Of a stretch of DNA of 64,000 nucleotides, positions 1 through 9,308 are shown one piece after another; the stretch's first letter is position 1; the number at the start of each line of letters is the position of its first letter. The stretch comes from Bianqueaceae bacterium (GTDB lineage: Bacteria > Bacillota > Clostridia > Lachnospirales > Bianqueaceae), in NCBI GenBank assembly GCA_045632125.1, contig JAZQWC010000008.1, positions 20,861 through 84,860 of the forward strand, written 5' to 3'. The translations under genes and the position numbers were made by a program. Below the pieces are notes generated by a model. It was not told the DNA's origin. It did no database searches and saw only the letters and a program-made list of their open reading frames with translations.

Positions 1-71
1 AGAAAGCCAAGGGCGAGAAGTACCGCTCTATGCTGGAGCAGGTAGAAAACAGCTTGAAAAATCTGGGCTGA
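1..71 (+). CDS. 3' end of an unidentified gene (partial, runs off the window)
   Basis: Frame 3 reads ...KAKGEKYRSMLEQVENSLKNLG* with TGA at 69-71, followed directly by a strong terminator hairpin. Too short to assign a family. Confidence 0.3.
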   Translation, partial: KAKGEKYRSMLEQVENSLKNLG

Positions 72-90
72 TATCAATTGAATGATATGG

Positions 91-126
91 ACGACCGATA
101 GTTTTGTGCTATCGGTCGTTTTTTTG
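91..126 (+). terminator. Rho-independent terminator
   Basis: Stem ACGACCGATAG (91-101) pairs with CTATCGGTCGT (109-119), followed by a T-run at 120-126. Confidence 0.75.
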
Positions 127-139
127 GAATCATATGATA

Positions 140-167
140 TTGAAAAAAAATGAAATTGTAGTATAAT
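140..167 (+). promoter_or_regulatory. Candidate sigma-A promoter of the fic gene
   Basis: TTGAAA (140-145), 16-nt spacer, TATAAT (162-167). Confidence 0.45.
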
Positions 168-217
168 AGAGGAAGAAAGTACGCAAGATAATACGTAAGT
201 ACAGGGAGGGTGTTATC

Positions 218-1210
218 ATGGGAAATTATAAGCCACCTTTTACAATAACAAACGAAATTTTATCATATGTATCTTCTATTTCAGAAAAAATAGGACGCAT
301 TACAGCAATCAGTAATTTGGAATCGAAACCGCACCTAAGGAAAAATAATCGTATTAAATCGATTCACTCTTCTTTGAAGATTGAGGCCAATTCCCTTTCC
401 TTAGGACAAGTTAGAGATGTAATCAATGGAAAAAGTGTTCTTGGTGAGCAAAAAGAAATTCAGGAAGTAAAAAATGCTTATGCGGCCTATGAGAAATTTT
501 TTGAGATCAATCCGTATAGCATAAACGATTTAAAAAAATACCATGGCATAATGACTCAATATGTTGTGGAAGAGTCCGGTGACTTCCGTCGAGGTGAGGA
601 AGGTGTCTTTAACGGTGATCAATGCATTTTTATGGCGCCACCGGCTCGATTCGTTTTACAATTTATGGATGATCTTTTTGATTGGATGAAAGAAGCGCAA
701 TATAGTGTTCATCCTCTTATTTTAAGCAGTGTATTTCATTATGAATTTGTCTTTATCCATCCGTTCTCTGACGGAAATGGGAGAATGGCGAGATTATGGC
801 ACACTGCCATTCTTTCGAAGTGGAAGCCGATATTTGAATATATTCCAATTGAAAGTCAGATTGAGAAGTTTCAAGACGAATATTATGATGCGATTGCCAA
901 ATGTCATATAGATGGTGAATCCACAATTTTTATTGAGTTTATGTTGTCACAAATTGATAAGATTATGGACGACATTTCTGTTCAAATCAGTGAGGATAAT
1001 GAACAACTTTCGGAATATATCAAGAAGCTGCTTGATGTGATGGAATATGATATCCCTTATACAAGCAAAGTACTTATGGAAAAACTGGGATTGAAGTCGA
1101 AAGAAGGTTTTCGTAGAAACTATTTGCGACCGGCCACAGATATGAATCTGATCCGTATGACAATTCCTGATAAGCCTAACAGCAGGAATCAAAGGTATGT
1201 AAAGGTATAA
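218..1210 (+). CDS. Fic family protein (AMPylase/adenylyltransferase-type Fido domain) with a C-terminal winged-helix-like tail
   Basis: Canonical Fic motif HPFSDGNGRMAR (HxFx[DE]GNGRxxR). N-terminal helix SSLKIEAN resembles the [ST]xxxE[GN] inhibitory motif. AT-rich gene bracketed by terminators. Confidence 0.9.
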   Translation: MGNYKPPFTITNEILSYVSSISEKIGRITAISNLESKPHLRKNNRIKSIHSSLKIEANSLSLGQVRDVINGKSVLGEQKEIQEVKNAYAAYEKFFEINPYSINDLKKYHGIMTQYVVEESGDFRRGEEGVFNGDQCIFMAPPARFVLQFMDDLFDWMKEAQYSVHPLILSSVFHYEFVFIHPFSDGNGRMARLWHTAILSKWKPIFEYIPIESQIEKFQDEYYDAIAKCHIDGESTIFIEFMLSQIDKIMDDISVQISEDNEQLSEYIKKLLDVMEYDIPYTSKVLMEKLGLKSKEGFRRNYLRPATDMNLIRMTIPDKPNSRNQRYVKV

Positions 1211-1220
1211 TTGGATGATC

Positions 1221-1250
1221 AAAAAAGAGGTTCATCGGAGCCTCTTTTTT
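1221..1250 (+). terminator. Rho-independent terminator after fic
   Basis: AAAAGAGG (1223-1230) pairs with CCTCTTTT (1241-1248), running into a T-run. Confidence 0.55.
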
Positions 1251-1361
1251 GATTTGCCTATCGTTGGCAAAAATGGTATAATACCCCTGTGTTATTTTGC
1301 TTTGTTTAAGAACAAATAAGAACAAAGCTTGGTTGTTTGAAATAGAATAAGGAATGAGAAA

Positions 1362-3041
1362 ATGAGTAAACCTAAAAAAGAAGTCTACATCCTAGGCCAT
1401 CGCAATCCGGACACCGATTCCATCTGTTCCGCCATTGCCTATGCCGAATTGAAAAATAGAGAAAACGACGGCAATAAATATATTGCTGCAAGAGCCGGTC
1501 AGATCAATCCGGAAACCGAATATGTGCTGCGTAAATTCGGTGTGCGTCAACCTGGGTATCTGAGTAACATCGGTACCCGTGTGCGCGACATGGAGATCCG
1601 TAAAGTGCCCGGTGTGAGCCGTGATCTGTCGCTGAAAAACGCATGGGGCAAGATGGCAGAGCTGAATGCTGTTACCCTTCCCATTGTGGATGAGAACAAC
1701 ATTCTGGAAGGTGTGATTACCATCAATGATATTGCCATGTCCTACATGAAGGAGCAAAGCAGCGATATTGTGTCCAAGGCGAATACCTCCTATAAAAATA
1801 TTCTGGAAACTCTGGAAGCAGAGATGGTCGTGGGTGATCCCGAAGCCAGCTTTACAGAGGGAGATATTCTGATTTCTGCCGCTAATCCTGATGTAATGGA
1901 AGATTACATAAAAGAAAAAGATATGGTCATCACCGGAAACCGTTATGACTCTCAGCTGTCCGCCATCGAGTCCGGCGCCAGCTGTATCATCGTGTGTCTG
2001 GGTGCATCGGTTTCTAAGACCATCCGCAAACTGGCAGAGGAGAAGGGGTGCACCATCATCGTGACACCTCTGGATACCTACATGGTGGCCCGTCAGATCA
2101 ACCAGAGTATGCCGGTGGAGGCCTTTATGACCAGTGATGATCTGGTGACCTTCCTGCCCAGCGACTACACCGACGATATTAAAGAAACCATGCAGAGTCT
2201 GCGCATTCGCGATTTTCCCGTGGTGGATAAGAACGGCAGCTATGTGGGCATGATCTCCCGCCGCAACTTGTTGGGTATCACCCGCCGTAGCATTATTTTG
2301 GTGGATCATAATGAAAAGAGTCAGGCCGTGGATAACATCGAAGATGCTGAGATTCTGGAGATCATCGATCACCACCGCATCGGTACCTTGGAGACTATGG
2401 AGCCGGTATATTTCCGCAATGAGCCTGTGGGCTGTACTGCCACCATCATTTTTGAAATGTATAAGGAAAAGGGAATCAATATTCCCAAGAATATTGCTGG
2501 TCTTTTGTGCAGTGCGATTCTGTCGGATACCTTGGTGTTCCGTTCACCCACCTGCACCATCGTGGATAAGATGGCAGCCGAGGCCTTGGCGCAGATCGCC
2601 GGTATCGACTGCAAGACCTATGGTATCGAAATGTTCACCGCCGGCAGCAATTTGAAGGATAAGACTCCTGCGGAAATCCTGTATCAGGATTATAAAAAGT
2701 TCGAATTTGGCGATACTGTATTTGGTGTGGGTCAGATCAACAGCATGAGTGCTGAAGAACTGAAAAATATCGAGAAGAAGTTGATGCCTTACATGGAGGA
2801 ACACTGCCGTGAGCATGGTATGAGTATGATGTTCTTCATGCTGACCAACATCATTGAAGAGGAGACCACTCTTATGTGCTATGGCGATGGCGCCGAGGCG
2901 CTTGCCGTGGAGGCTTTCGGCCTGCGGCCGGATGCGGGACGCATTCCCGGTATGGGCAACGACATTGTTGTGCTGCAAGGTGTGGTATCCCGTAAGAAGC
3001 AGCTGATTCCGGCCTTTATTGAGGCGATCAACAAGGAATAA
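1362..3041 (+). CDS. CBS-domain-containing family II (DHH/DHHA2) inorganic pyrophosphatase
   Basis: DHH-family motifs HRNPDTDS, VDHNE and IIDHHRIG. A CBS/DRTGG-like insertion (ITGNRYD...) sits between them, and there is a DHHA2-like C-terminus. Confidence 0.88.
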   Translation: MSKPKKEVYILGHRNPDTDSICSAIAYAELKNRENDGNKYIAARAGQINPETEYVLRKFGVRQPGYLSNIGTRVRDMEIRKVPGVSRDLSLKNAWGKMAELNAVTLPIVDENNILEGVITINDIAMSYMKEQSSDIVSKANTSYKNILETLEAEMVVGDPEASFTEGDILISAANPDVMEDYIKEKDMVITGNRYDSQLSAIESGASCIIVCLGASVSKTIRKLAEEKGCTIIVTPLDTYMVARQINQSMPVEAFMTSDDLVTFLPSDYTDDIKETMQSLRIRDFPVVDKNGSYVGMISRRNLLGITRRSIILVDHNEKSQAVDNIEDAEILEIIDHHRIGTLETMEPVYFRNEPVGCTATIIFEMYKEKGINIPKNIAGLLCSAILSDTLVFRSPTCTIVDKMAAEALAQIAGIDCKTYGIEMFTAGSNLKDKTPAEILYQDYKKFEFGDTVFGVGQINSMSAEELKNIEKKLMPYMEEHCREHGMSMMFFMLTNIIEEETTLMCYGDGAEALAVEAFGLRPDAGRIPGMGNDIVVLQGVVSRKKQLIPAFIEAINKE

Positions 3042-3044
3042 AGC

Positions 3045-3073
3045 TTGACTTTTGACTACGGTCATAGTAGAAT
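3045..3073 (+). promoter_or_regulatory. Candidate sigma-A promoter of the metG leader
   Basis: TTGACT (3045-3050), 17-nt spacer, TAGAAT (3068-3073). Confidence 0.5.
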
Positions 3074-3084
3074 AGTTTCATATG

Positions 3085-3425
3085 TTTAAAGGCAATGAAG
3101 AGAAGAGTACACTTCATAGAAAGCTACAGAGAGTCCCGGCAGCTGAAAAGGGATGCGGACGAAGAAGTGGAAGATGGCCTCGGAGCTGCGCACCGACCCG
3201 CAAATGGAATGCGATCGAAAATGCATCAAAACCAAAGCGGCAGGCTGCGACGGGTACGCCCGTGATTGCGTTGCAGTATAAAGAAGTGTCCCCTGTGTAG
3301 TCCGTATTGAACGCACAGATTCGCTTCCCGTACTGAGTGAGGTTGGCTCCGCGAGGGGCGAACAAATTAAGGTGGTAACACGAAGCAGGCGCTCTCGTCC
3401 TTATTGGATAGGGCGCCTTATATTA
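3085..3425 (+). promoter_or_regulatory. T-box riboswitch leader (methionyl-tRNA sensing) upstream of metG
   Basis: Stem I element CAGAGAGTCC...GCTGAAAAGGG at about 3128-3155. Conserved T-box sequence AATTAAGGTGGTAACACGAAG at 3365-3385. Downstream GC hairpin AGGCGC...GCGCCT at 3387-3418. Candidate AUG specifier at 3174-3176. Confidence 0.75.
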
Positions 3426-3451
3426 TGTATATCGAAAAGGAGATTCAAACC

Positions 3452-5464
3452 ATGTGTGATGCATGCAACAAACAGTCCAAAGGTAAGTATTACCTGACAA
3501 CCGCTATTGCTTACACTTCCCGTAAGCCCCATATCGGCAACACCTATGAGGTAGTTTTGGCCGATGCCATTGCCCGCTATCGTCGTCTGCAGGGCTACGA
3601 TGTATTCTTCATGACCGGTACCGACGAACACGGCCAGAAGATCCAGCTGAACGCTGAGGAAAACGGTGTAACTCCCAAGGAGTACGTTGACAAAGTAGCC
3701 GGCGAGATCAAAGACATTTGGGATCTGATGAACACCAGCTATGACAAGTTCATCCGTACCACCGATGCCGACCACGAAAAGACCGTACAGAAGATCTTTA
3801 AGAAACTGTACGAGCAGGGTGACATTTACAAAGGTTACTACGAAGGCTGGTACTGCGTACCCTGTGAATCCTTCTTCACCGAGAGCCAGTTGGTAGACGG
3901 CAAGTGCCCCGACTGCGGCCGCGAAGTTAAGAAGACCAAAGAGGAAGCTTACTTCTTCAAAATGAGCAAATATCAGGATCGTCTGATGCAGCACATCGAA
4001 GAGCATCCTGAATTCATTCAGCCTGAGTCCCGTAAGAAAGAAATGGTTAACAACTTCCTGAAGCCCGGTCTGCAGGATCTGTGCGTATCCCGTACCTCCT
4101 TCAGCTGGGGTATTCCGGTTGATTTCGACCCCGGTCACGTTGTATACGTTTGGATGGACGCTTTGAACAACTATATCACCGGTATCGGCTACGATCCGGA
4201 GAATCCCTCCGAACTGTACAAGAAGCTGTGGCCCGCCGATGTGCATTTGATTGGTAAAGACATTCTGCGTTTCCACACCATTTACTGGCCCATCTTCCTG
4301 ATGGCTATGGGTGAGCCCCTGCCCAAGCAGATCTTCGGTCATCCCTGGCTGCTGTTCGGCGAGGACAAAATGAGTAAGTCCAAGGGCAACGTAATTTACG
4401 CTGATGAACTGGTACAGCGCTTTGGCGTTGACGGCGTTCGTTACTATGTACTGCGCGAGATGCCCTTCGCCAGTGATGGTAACATCACCTACGAGACTCT
4501 GATCGCCCGCTTCAACGGTGACCTGGCCAACACCATCGGTAACCTGGTGAACCGTACCATCGCCATGGGCAAGAAGTACTTTGGCGGCGTGTTGCAGGCC
4601 AAAGGCGTTACCGGCTCCGCCGAAAACGAGGCGCTGGATACCGATCTGATCCAGACTGCATTGCAGGCTGTTAAAAATGTTGAGAGTAAGATGGATGAAC
4701 TGCGAGTAGCTGACGCCCTGGAAGAGATCGTGGCTTTGGCTCGCCGCAGCAACAAATATATCGATGAAACCGCTCCTTGGGCTCTGGCTAAGGATGAAGC
4801 ACAGCAGGCTCGTTTGGGTACTGTATTGTATAACCTGTTGGAGAGCATTCGCTACATTGGCGTACTGTTGGGCAGCTTCCTGCCTGAGACCGGTGAGGCC
4901 ATTTTGAATCAGGTGAATGTGCCCGAGTGTGGCCGCAGCCTGGAATCTCTGGCAAACTTCGGTCTGCTGGAAGTAGGCGCTGAGACCAACGAAGCTACTC
5001 CTCTGTTCGCTCGTATCGACGAGAAGAAGATGCTGGCTGAGATCAATGCTGAAAAAGAAGCCAAGATCAAAGCCGCTAAGGAAGCTGAGAAAGCAGCCAA
5101 GAAAGCAGAAGCCAAGAAGGAAGAGCCCGAAGTTAAGCCCGAGATCACCATCGATGACTTTGCTAAAGTTGAGCTGAAGGTGGGCGAGGTTCTGGAGTGC
5201 CAGCCCGTGGAAGGCGCTAAGAAGCTGCTGGTTTCCCAGATCAAGATCGGTGACGAAGTTCGCCAGATCGTATCCGGCATTGCCAGCTACTACAAACCCG
5301 AAGAAATGGTGGGCAAGAAGGTCGTGGTTGTAACCAACCTGAAACCCGTTAAACTGCGCGGCGTGCTGTCTCAGGGCATGATCCTGTGCGCCTCCGATGA
5401 AAACGGCAACTTTGCTGTTATCAGCCCCGAAAAAGATATGCCCTCCGGCGGCGAGGTACGCTAA
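3452..5464 (+). CDS. metG: Methionine--tRNA ligase with a C-terminal tRNA-binding (EMAP/Trbp111-like) domain
   Basis: HIGH-type motif KPHIGN and exact KMSKS. Zn knuckle CVPCESF...CPDCG. Lys/Glu-rich linker, then an OB-fold tail. AAGGAG SD lies 8 nt upstream of ATG 3452 (the ORF-track start 3404 lies inside the T-box terminator). Confidence 0.95.
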   Translation: MCDACNKQSKGKYYLTTAIAYTSRKPHIGNTYEVVLADAIARYRRLQGYDVFFMTGTDEHGQKIQLNAEENGVTPKEYVDKVAGEIKDIWDLMNTSYDKFIRTTDADHEKTVQKIFKKLYEQGDIYKGYYEGWYCVPCESFFTESQLVDGKCPDCGREVKKTKEEAYFFKMSKYQDRLMQHIEEHPEFIQPESRKKEMVNNFLKPGLQDLCVSRTSFSWGIPVDFDPGHVVYVWMDALNNYITGIGYDPENPSELYKKLWPADVHLIGKDILRFHTIYWPIFLMAMGEPLPKQIFGHPWLLFGEDKMSKSKGNVIYADELVQRFGVDGVRYYVLREMPFASDGNITYETLIARFNGDLANTIGNLVNRTIAMGKKYFGGVLQAKGVTGSAENEALDTDLIQTALQAVKNVESKMDELRVADALEEIVALARRSNKYIDETAPWALAKDEAQQARLGTVLYNLLESIRYIGVLLGSFLPETGEAILNQVNVPECGRSLESLANFGLLEVGAETNEATPLFARIDEKKMLAEINAEKEAKIKAAKEAEKAAKKAEAKKEEPEVKPEITIDDFAKVELKVGEVLECQPVEGAKKLLVSQIKIGDEVRQIVSGIASYYKPEEMVGKKVVVVTNLKPVKLRGVLSQGMILCASDENGNFAVISPEKDMPSGGEVR

Positions 5465-6237
5465 TGTATTTCGATACTCATGCGCATTACGATGATCCTA
5501 AGTTTAAAAAGGATCAAAAAGAGCTTTTTGACGCTATGCGTCGCGGCGGCGTAGACGCCATCATCAACTGCGCCAGCGATATGAAGGGTTGCGCCAGCAC
5601 CCTGAAGCTGGTGAATGAATACGATTTCGTGTTTGGCGCCGTGGGCGTACATCCCCATGCGGTAAAGGATCTGGAAGAGGAAGACGTATACCAGCTGTAT
5701 AATTACGCCTGCCGCTCCGAAAAGATCGTAGCCATCGGCGAGATCGGCTTGGATTACCATTACGATTTTTCTCCCCGTGACCTGCAGCGTGACTGGTTCA
5801 TCGAGCAGATCGAGCTGGCCAAGGAAGTGGAGTTGCCCATTATCGTGCACAGCCGCGAGGCGGCCAAGGAAACCTTCGATATTATTGAAGGTTGCGATGC
5901 CAGCGAGGTTGGCGGCGTGATTCATTCTTACACCGGCAATTTGGAGATGGCCAAGGCCTATGTGGATATGGGCTTTTACCTGGGTATTGGCGGTATGCTG
6001 ACCTTCCCCGATGTGAAGAAGATCCTGCGTGTGGTAGAGGGCATTCCGTTGGAGCGCCTGCTGCTGGAGACCGATGCCCCCTATTTGGCACCGGTGCCTA
6101 AGCGTGGTGAACGTAACGATTCCCGTAATCTGCAGTATGTGGCAGAGAAGATCGCTCAGATCAAGGGTATTACCGCTGAGGAAGTAGCTCGTGTTACTTC
6201 TGAAAACGCCTGCCGCTTGTTCCAGATCGAACTGTAA
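5464..6237 (+). CDS. TatD family metal-dependent hydrolase/DNase
   Basis: N-terminal FDTHAHY (HxH metal site), ~257-aa TIM-barrel size, conserved position after metG, 1-nt overlap (TAATG) with the metG stop. Confidence 0.9.
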   Translation: MYFDTHAHYDDPKFKKDQKELFDAMRRGGVDAIINCASDMKGCASTLKLVNEYDFVFGAVGVHPHAVKDLEEEDVYQLYNYACRSEKIVAIGEIGLDYHYDFSPRDLQRDWFIEQIELAKEVELPIIVHSREAAKETFDIIEGCDASEVGGVIHSYTGNLEMAKAYVDMGFYLGIGGMLTFPDVKKILRVVEGIPLERLLLETDAPYLAPVPKRGERNDSRNLQYVAEKIAQIKGITAEEVARVTSENACRLFQIEL

Positions 6238-6252
6238 TTGAGGATTTGATAA

Positions 6253-7176
6253 ATGGAAGCAATGAATCCGAAAGAATATCTTTTGAGCACGCTGACAAAA
6301 GCAGCGGGTGAGGAAGATCTAATTGCCAGCCCGCAGAATACCATTGCGGTGCTGCAGAAATATGACTTTCAGTTTAAAAAGCAGTTCGGCCAGAACTTTC
6401 TGGTCGATCTGCATGTACTAGGAAAAATTTTGCGCGCAGCCGAGATCGGCTCCGAGGACGTGTGCCTGGAGATTGGCCCCGGCATCGGCAGTCTGACCCA
6501 GCTGATGGGTGAGGCCGCTAAGCGCGTTATTTCCGTGGAGATCGACAACCGTCTGATCCCTCTGCTGGAGGAAAATCTGGCGGCTTACGATAACATCGAG
6601 ATCGTGAACTCCGATTTTATGGAGCTGGATCTGCCTGCGTTTTTTGCAGAAAAGGCGATTGATCAGCCGGTGAAGGTGGTGGCCAATCTGCCCTACTATA
6701 TTACCACACCGATCATTATGGGATTGTTTGAAAGCGGTGTACCGCTGGATAGCATCACCGTTATGGTACAGGAGGAAGTGGCCAAGCGTATGCAGGCCAA
6801 ACCCGGCACTAAAGATTACGGCGCATTGTCCCTAGCGGTGCAGTATTATGCTGAACCCACCATTGCGGCATATGTGCCTCAGAATTGCTTTATTCCCCGT
6901 CCCGGCGTGGGTTCCGCGGTGATTCATTTGAAGCGCCGCCGTGAGCTGCCGGTGGAAACCAAAGATGAAAAGCTGATGTTCAAGCTGATCCGTGCGGCCT
7001 TTGGCCAGCGCCGTAAAACACTGGTGAACAGTGTGAGCGGTAGCCCGGAGCTTACGGTTTCCAAGGATCAGATCCTGGCAGCTTTGGCGAAGGCCGGTAT
7101 TTCCGAAAAGATCCGCGGTGAGGCCCTGAGTTTAGCGGACTTTGCGAAGCTGGCAGATGCATTGGGAGACTTATAA
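6253..7176 (+). CDS. rsmA: 16S rRNA (adenine1518/1519-N6)-dimethyltransferase
   Basis: FGQNFL, SAM motif EIGPGIGSLT and NLPYYITTPI motifs. Typical metG-tatD-rsmA neighbourhood. Confidence 0.93.
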   Translation: MEAMNPKEYLLSTLTKAAGEEDLIASPQNTIAVLQKYDFQFKKQFGQNFLVDLHVLGKILRAAEIGSEDVCLEIGPGIGSLTQLMGEAAKRVISVEIDNRLIPLLEENLAAYDNIEIVNSDFMELDLPAFFAEKAIDQPVKVVANLPYYITTPIIMGLFESGVPLDSITVMVQEEVAKRMQAKPGTKDYGALSLAVQYYAEPTIAAYVPQNCFIPRPGVGSAVIHLKRRRELPVETKDEKLMFKLIRAAFGQRRKTLVNSVSGSPELTVSKDQILAALAKAGISEKIRGEALSLADFAKLADALGDL

Positions 7177-7183
7177 GATTAGT

Positions 7184-8608
7184 ATGACAAATGTAAAAAA
7201 ACAAGGAATCGAGTGGAAAGTATTTTTTAAGGCAGTGCTTGCCATAGCCCTACCCATTGCTTTTCAAAATCTGTTGGGCACTACGGCCAGCATGGTGGAT
7301 ACCATCATGATCGGCAGCGAGGGTGAGCTGGCGGTGGCAGCTGTGGGCATCTGTTCACAGATCTCGTCGCTGTTCTTCTCCTGTTACTTTGGCTTTGCCG
7401 GTGGTTCTCTTTTGTTCTTTGCCCAGTATTGGGGTGCTAATAATAAAAAGGGTATCAATCGTACCTTTGGCGTTTCCATGGTATTCATGCTGCTGGTTTC
7501 GCTGGCCTTTGCGACTGTGGCAGTCGTCAAGCCGGAGTTCTTGCTGGGTGTGTATACCGATAAGCAAAACATTATCGAAGTGGGCATTCCCTATATTCGT
7601 ATTATCGGTTTTGCCTATCCGTTGCAGGTATTGGGTGTGTTGATCAGCTTTTTGATGCGTTCTACTGAGCGTGTGAAAGCACCGCTGATCTGCTCCATTG
7701 TATCCCTGGTGGTGAACTTTGTGCTGAATTGGCTGTTGATCTATGGTCGCTTCGGTCTGCCCAAGATGGGTCCCGCTGGTGCGGCAGTGGGCACGCTGGC
7801 TTCGGCTGGGGTAAATCTGTTGCTGCTGACCATCTTCTTAGTGAAGGGTAAGAGCACAGTGGCATTAAAGATTCGCGATATGTTCCATTGGGAAGACGGT
7901 TTTTTAGGTAACTACCTGCGCAAATGTTTCCCCATTATTTGTAATGAATTATTCTACGGTGTGGGTCAGATGCTGATCAACATTGTAATTGGTCGTCAAG
8001 ACGAATCGGCCATTGCCGCCATGGCAGCCTTCCGAGTGCTGGAAGGTTTCGTATTTGCCTTCTTTGGAGGTCTGGCGGATGCCAGCTCTGTGGTGGTGGG
8101 CAAAGAAGTAGGTGCCGGTCGTCACATGAAAGCCTATAACTACGCCAAGGGTTTTGCGATCCTTTGCCCGGCCATCACCTTTACCATCGTTTTGATTGGT
8201 TTATTTGTTAACCAGCCCCTGCTTGGTCTGTTTGGATTGGGTACGCAGGCTATGGAATATGGTAAGTACATGATCCTGATCTATCTGGCTGCGGGTACTG
8301 TGCGAACCTGTAACTATATTATGAACTGTGGTTTCCGCGCCGGCGGCGAAGCGGTCTTCGGTACAGTGGTGGAGATCGGCTGCTTGTTCGCAATCAGTGT
8401 ACCGGCCACCTGGGCCGCAGGTATGATGCTGCACCTGCCTTTCTTGGCGGTATTTTCCTTCGTATATACCGATGAGATCCTGCGTTTGATCTTCGAAACC
8501 AAGTACATGCGCAGCGGTAAGTGGATCAAACCGGTAACCGAAGCGGGTCAGGAGGCCCTGCCCCTGTTCCACGCGGAACTGGCCGAACTGCATGGCCAGG
8601 CAGAATAA
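7184..8608 (+). CDS. MATE family efflux transporter
   Basis: About 12 hydrophobic segments, with an N-terminus (ALPIAFQNLLGTTASMVDTIMIG) typical of MATE/NorM proteins. Start moved to ATG 7184, just after the rsmA stop. Confidence 0.85.
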   Translation: MTNVKKQGIEWKVFFKAVLAIALPIAFQNLLGTTASMVDTIMIGSEGELAVAAVGICSQISSLFFSCYFGFAGGSLLFFAQYWGANNKKGINRTFGVSMVFMLLVSLAFATVAVVKPEFLLGVYTDKQNIIEVGIPYIRIIGFAYPLQVLGVLISFLMRSTERVKAPLICSIVSLVVNFVLNWLLIYGRFGLPKMGPAGAAVGTLASAGVNLLLLTIFLVKGKSTVALKIRDMFHWEDGFLGNYLRKCFPIICNELFYGVGQMLINIVIGRQDESAIAAMAAFRVLEGFVFAFFGGLADASSVVVGKEVGAGRHMKAYNYAKGFAILCPAITFTIVLIGLFVNQPLLGLFGLGTQAMEYGKYMILIYLAAGTVRTCNYIMNCGFRAGGEAVFGTVVEIGCLFAISVPATWAAGMMLHLPFLAVFSFVYTDEILRLIFETKYMRSGKWIKPVTEAGQEALPLFHAELAELHGQAE

Positions 8609-8627
8609 AAACGGAGATAAACATAAT

Positions 8628-9257
8628 ATGGCACAACATTATTATTCGAAAGATCCCATCAGCGTCTCCAACGAACGGAGCATTGACTATGTGATCAATA
8701 TTAACGGATACGATCAGCGTTACAGCTTCATCACCGATAGCGGTGTATTTTCCATCAGCCGCGTGGATCACGGCACCGATATTTTGCTGAATGCAATTTT
8801 GAAGGATGAGCCGGAGGCTCCAAAGCGCTTGTTGGATATCGGTTGTGGCTATGGCCCCATTGGCGCAGTGCTGGGAACCGCTTTCCCCATGGCTCATGTT
8901 CACATGGTGGACGTGAATGAGCGCGCTATGGATCTGGCCCGCCGCAATGCTCAAAAGGCAAAGCTTAGAGATTTCACAGTGGAAACTGTGGACAACCTGC
9001 CGGCCCTACTGCAGGATCCAACGAATGCCTTCCAAATGGTGGTGACCAATCCGCCCATTCGTGCAGGTAAGGCTGTGGTGTACGGAATCTTTCAGCAGGC
9101 TTTTGATCACCTGTCAGCAGGTGGTGCCCTGTATGTGGTAATTCGTAAGAATCAGGGTGGTCCCAGTGCCATTAAGGAACTGGAGCGTTTATTCGGTAAT
9201 TGCGAGATCATCGATCGCGAGGCTGGATTCCACATTTTAAAATCTATCAAGGAATAA
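8628..9257 (+). CDS. Class I SAM-dependent methyltransferase, small-domain (RsmC/YbxB-like) rRNA methyltransferase
   Basis: SAM motif LLDIGCGYGPIG and substrate motif VTNPPIRAGK (NPPxH/R type). GGAG SD lies before ATG 8628. Confidence 0.8.
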   Translation: MAQHYYSKDPISVSNERSIDYVININGYDQRYSFITDSGVFSISRVDHGTDILLNAILKDEPEAPKRLLDIGCGYGPIGAVLGTAFPMAHVHMVDVNERAMDLARRNAQKAKLRDFTVETVDNLPALLQDPTNAFQMVVTNPPIRAGKAVVYGIFQQAFDHLSAGGALYVVIRKNQGGPSAIKELERLFGNCEIIDREAGFHILKSIKE

Positions 9258-9308
9258 ATGAGTAAGCTTCCTCATAAGGTGTACTATCATCATCTTAGGA
9301 GGAAGCTT

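Noticed and set aside
1392-2375. 327-aa minus-strand ORF inside the CBS-pyrophosphatase gene (similar antisense ORFs at 3401-4342, 14396-15310, 29513-30430, 34214-35170, 38376-39254, 43252-44070)
   Set aside because: All are antisense to confidently assigned genes, have biased low-complexity translations and lack ribosome-binding sites.
3082-3365. Three 72-83-aa ORFs between the pyrophosphatase gene and metG
   Set aside because: The region is a T-box leader (conserved T-box sequence and Stem I motifs). The ORFs have no SD and overlap each other on both strands.
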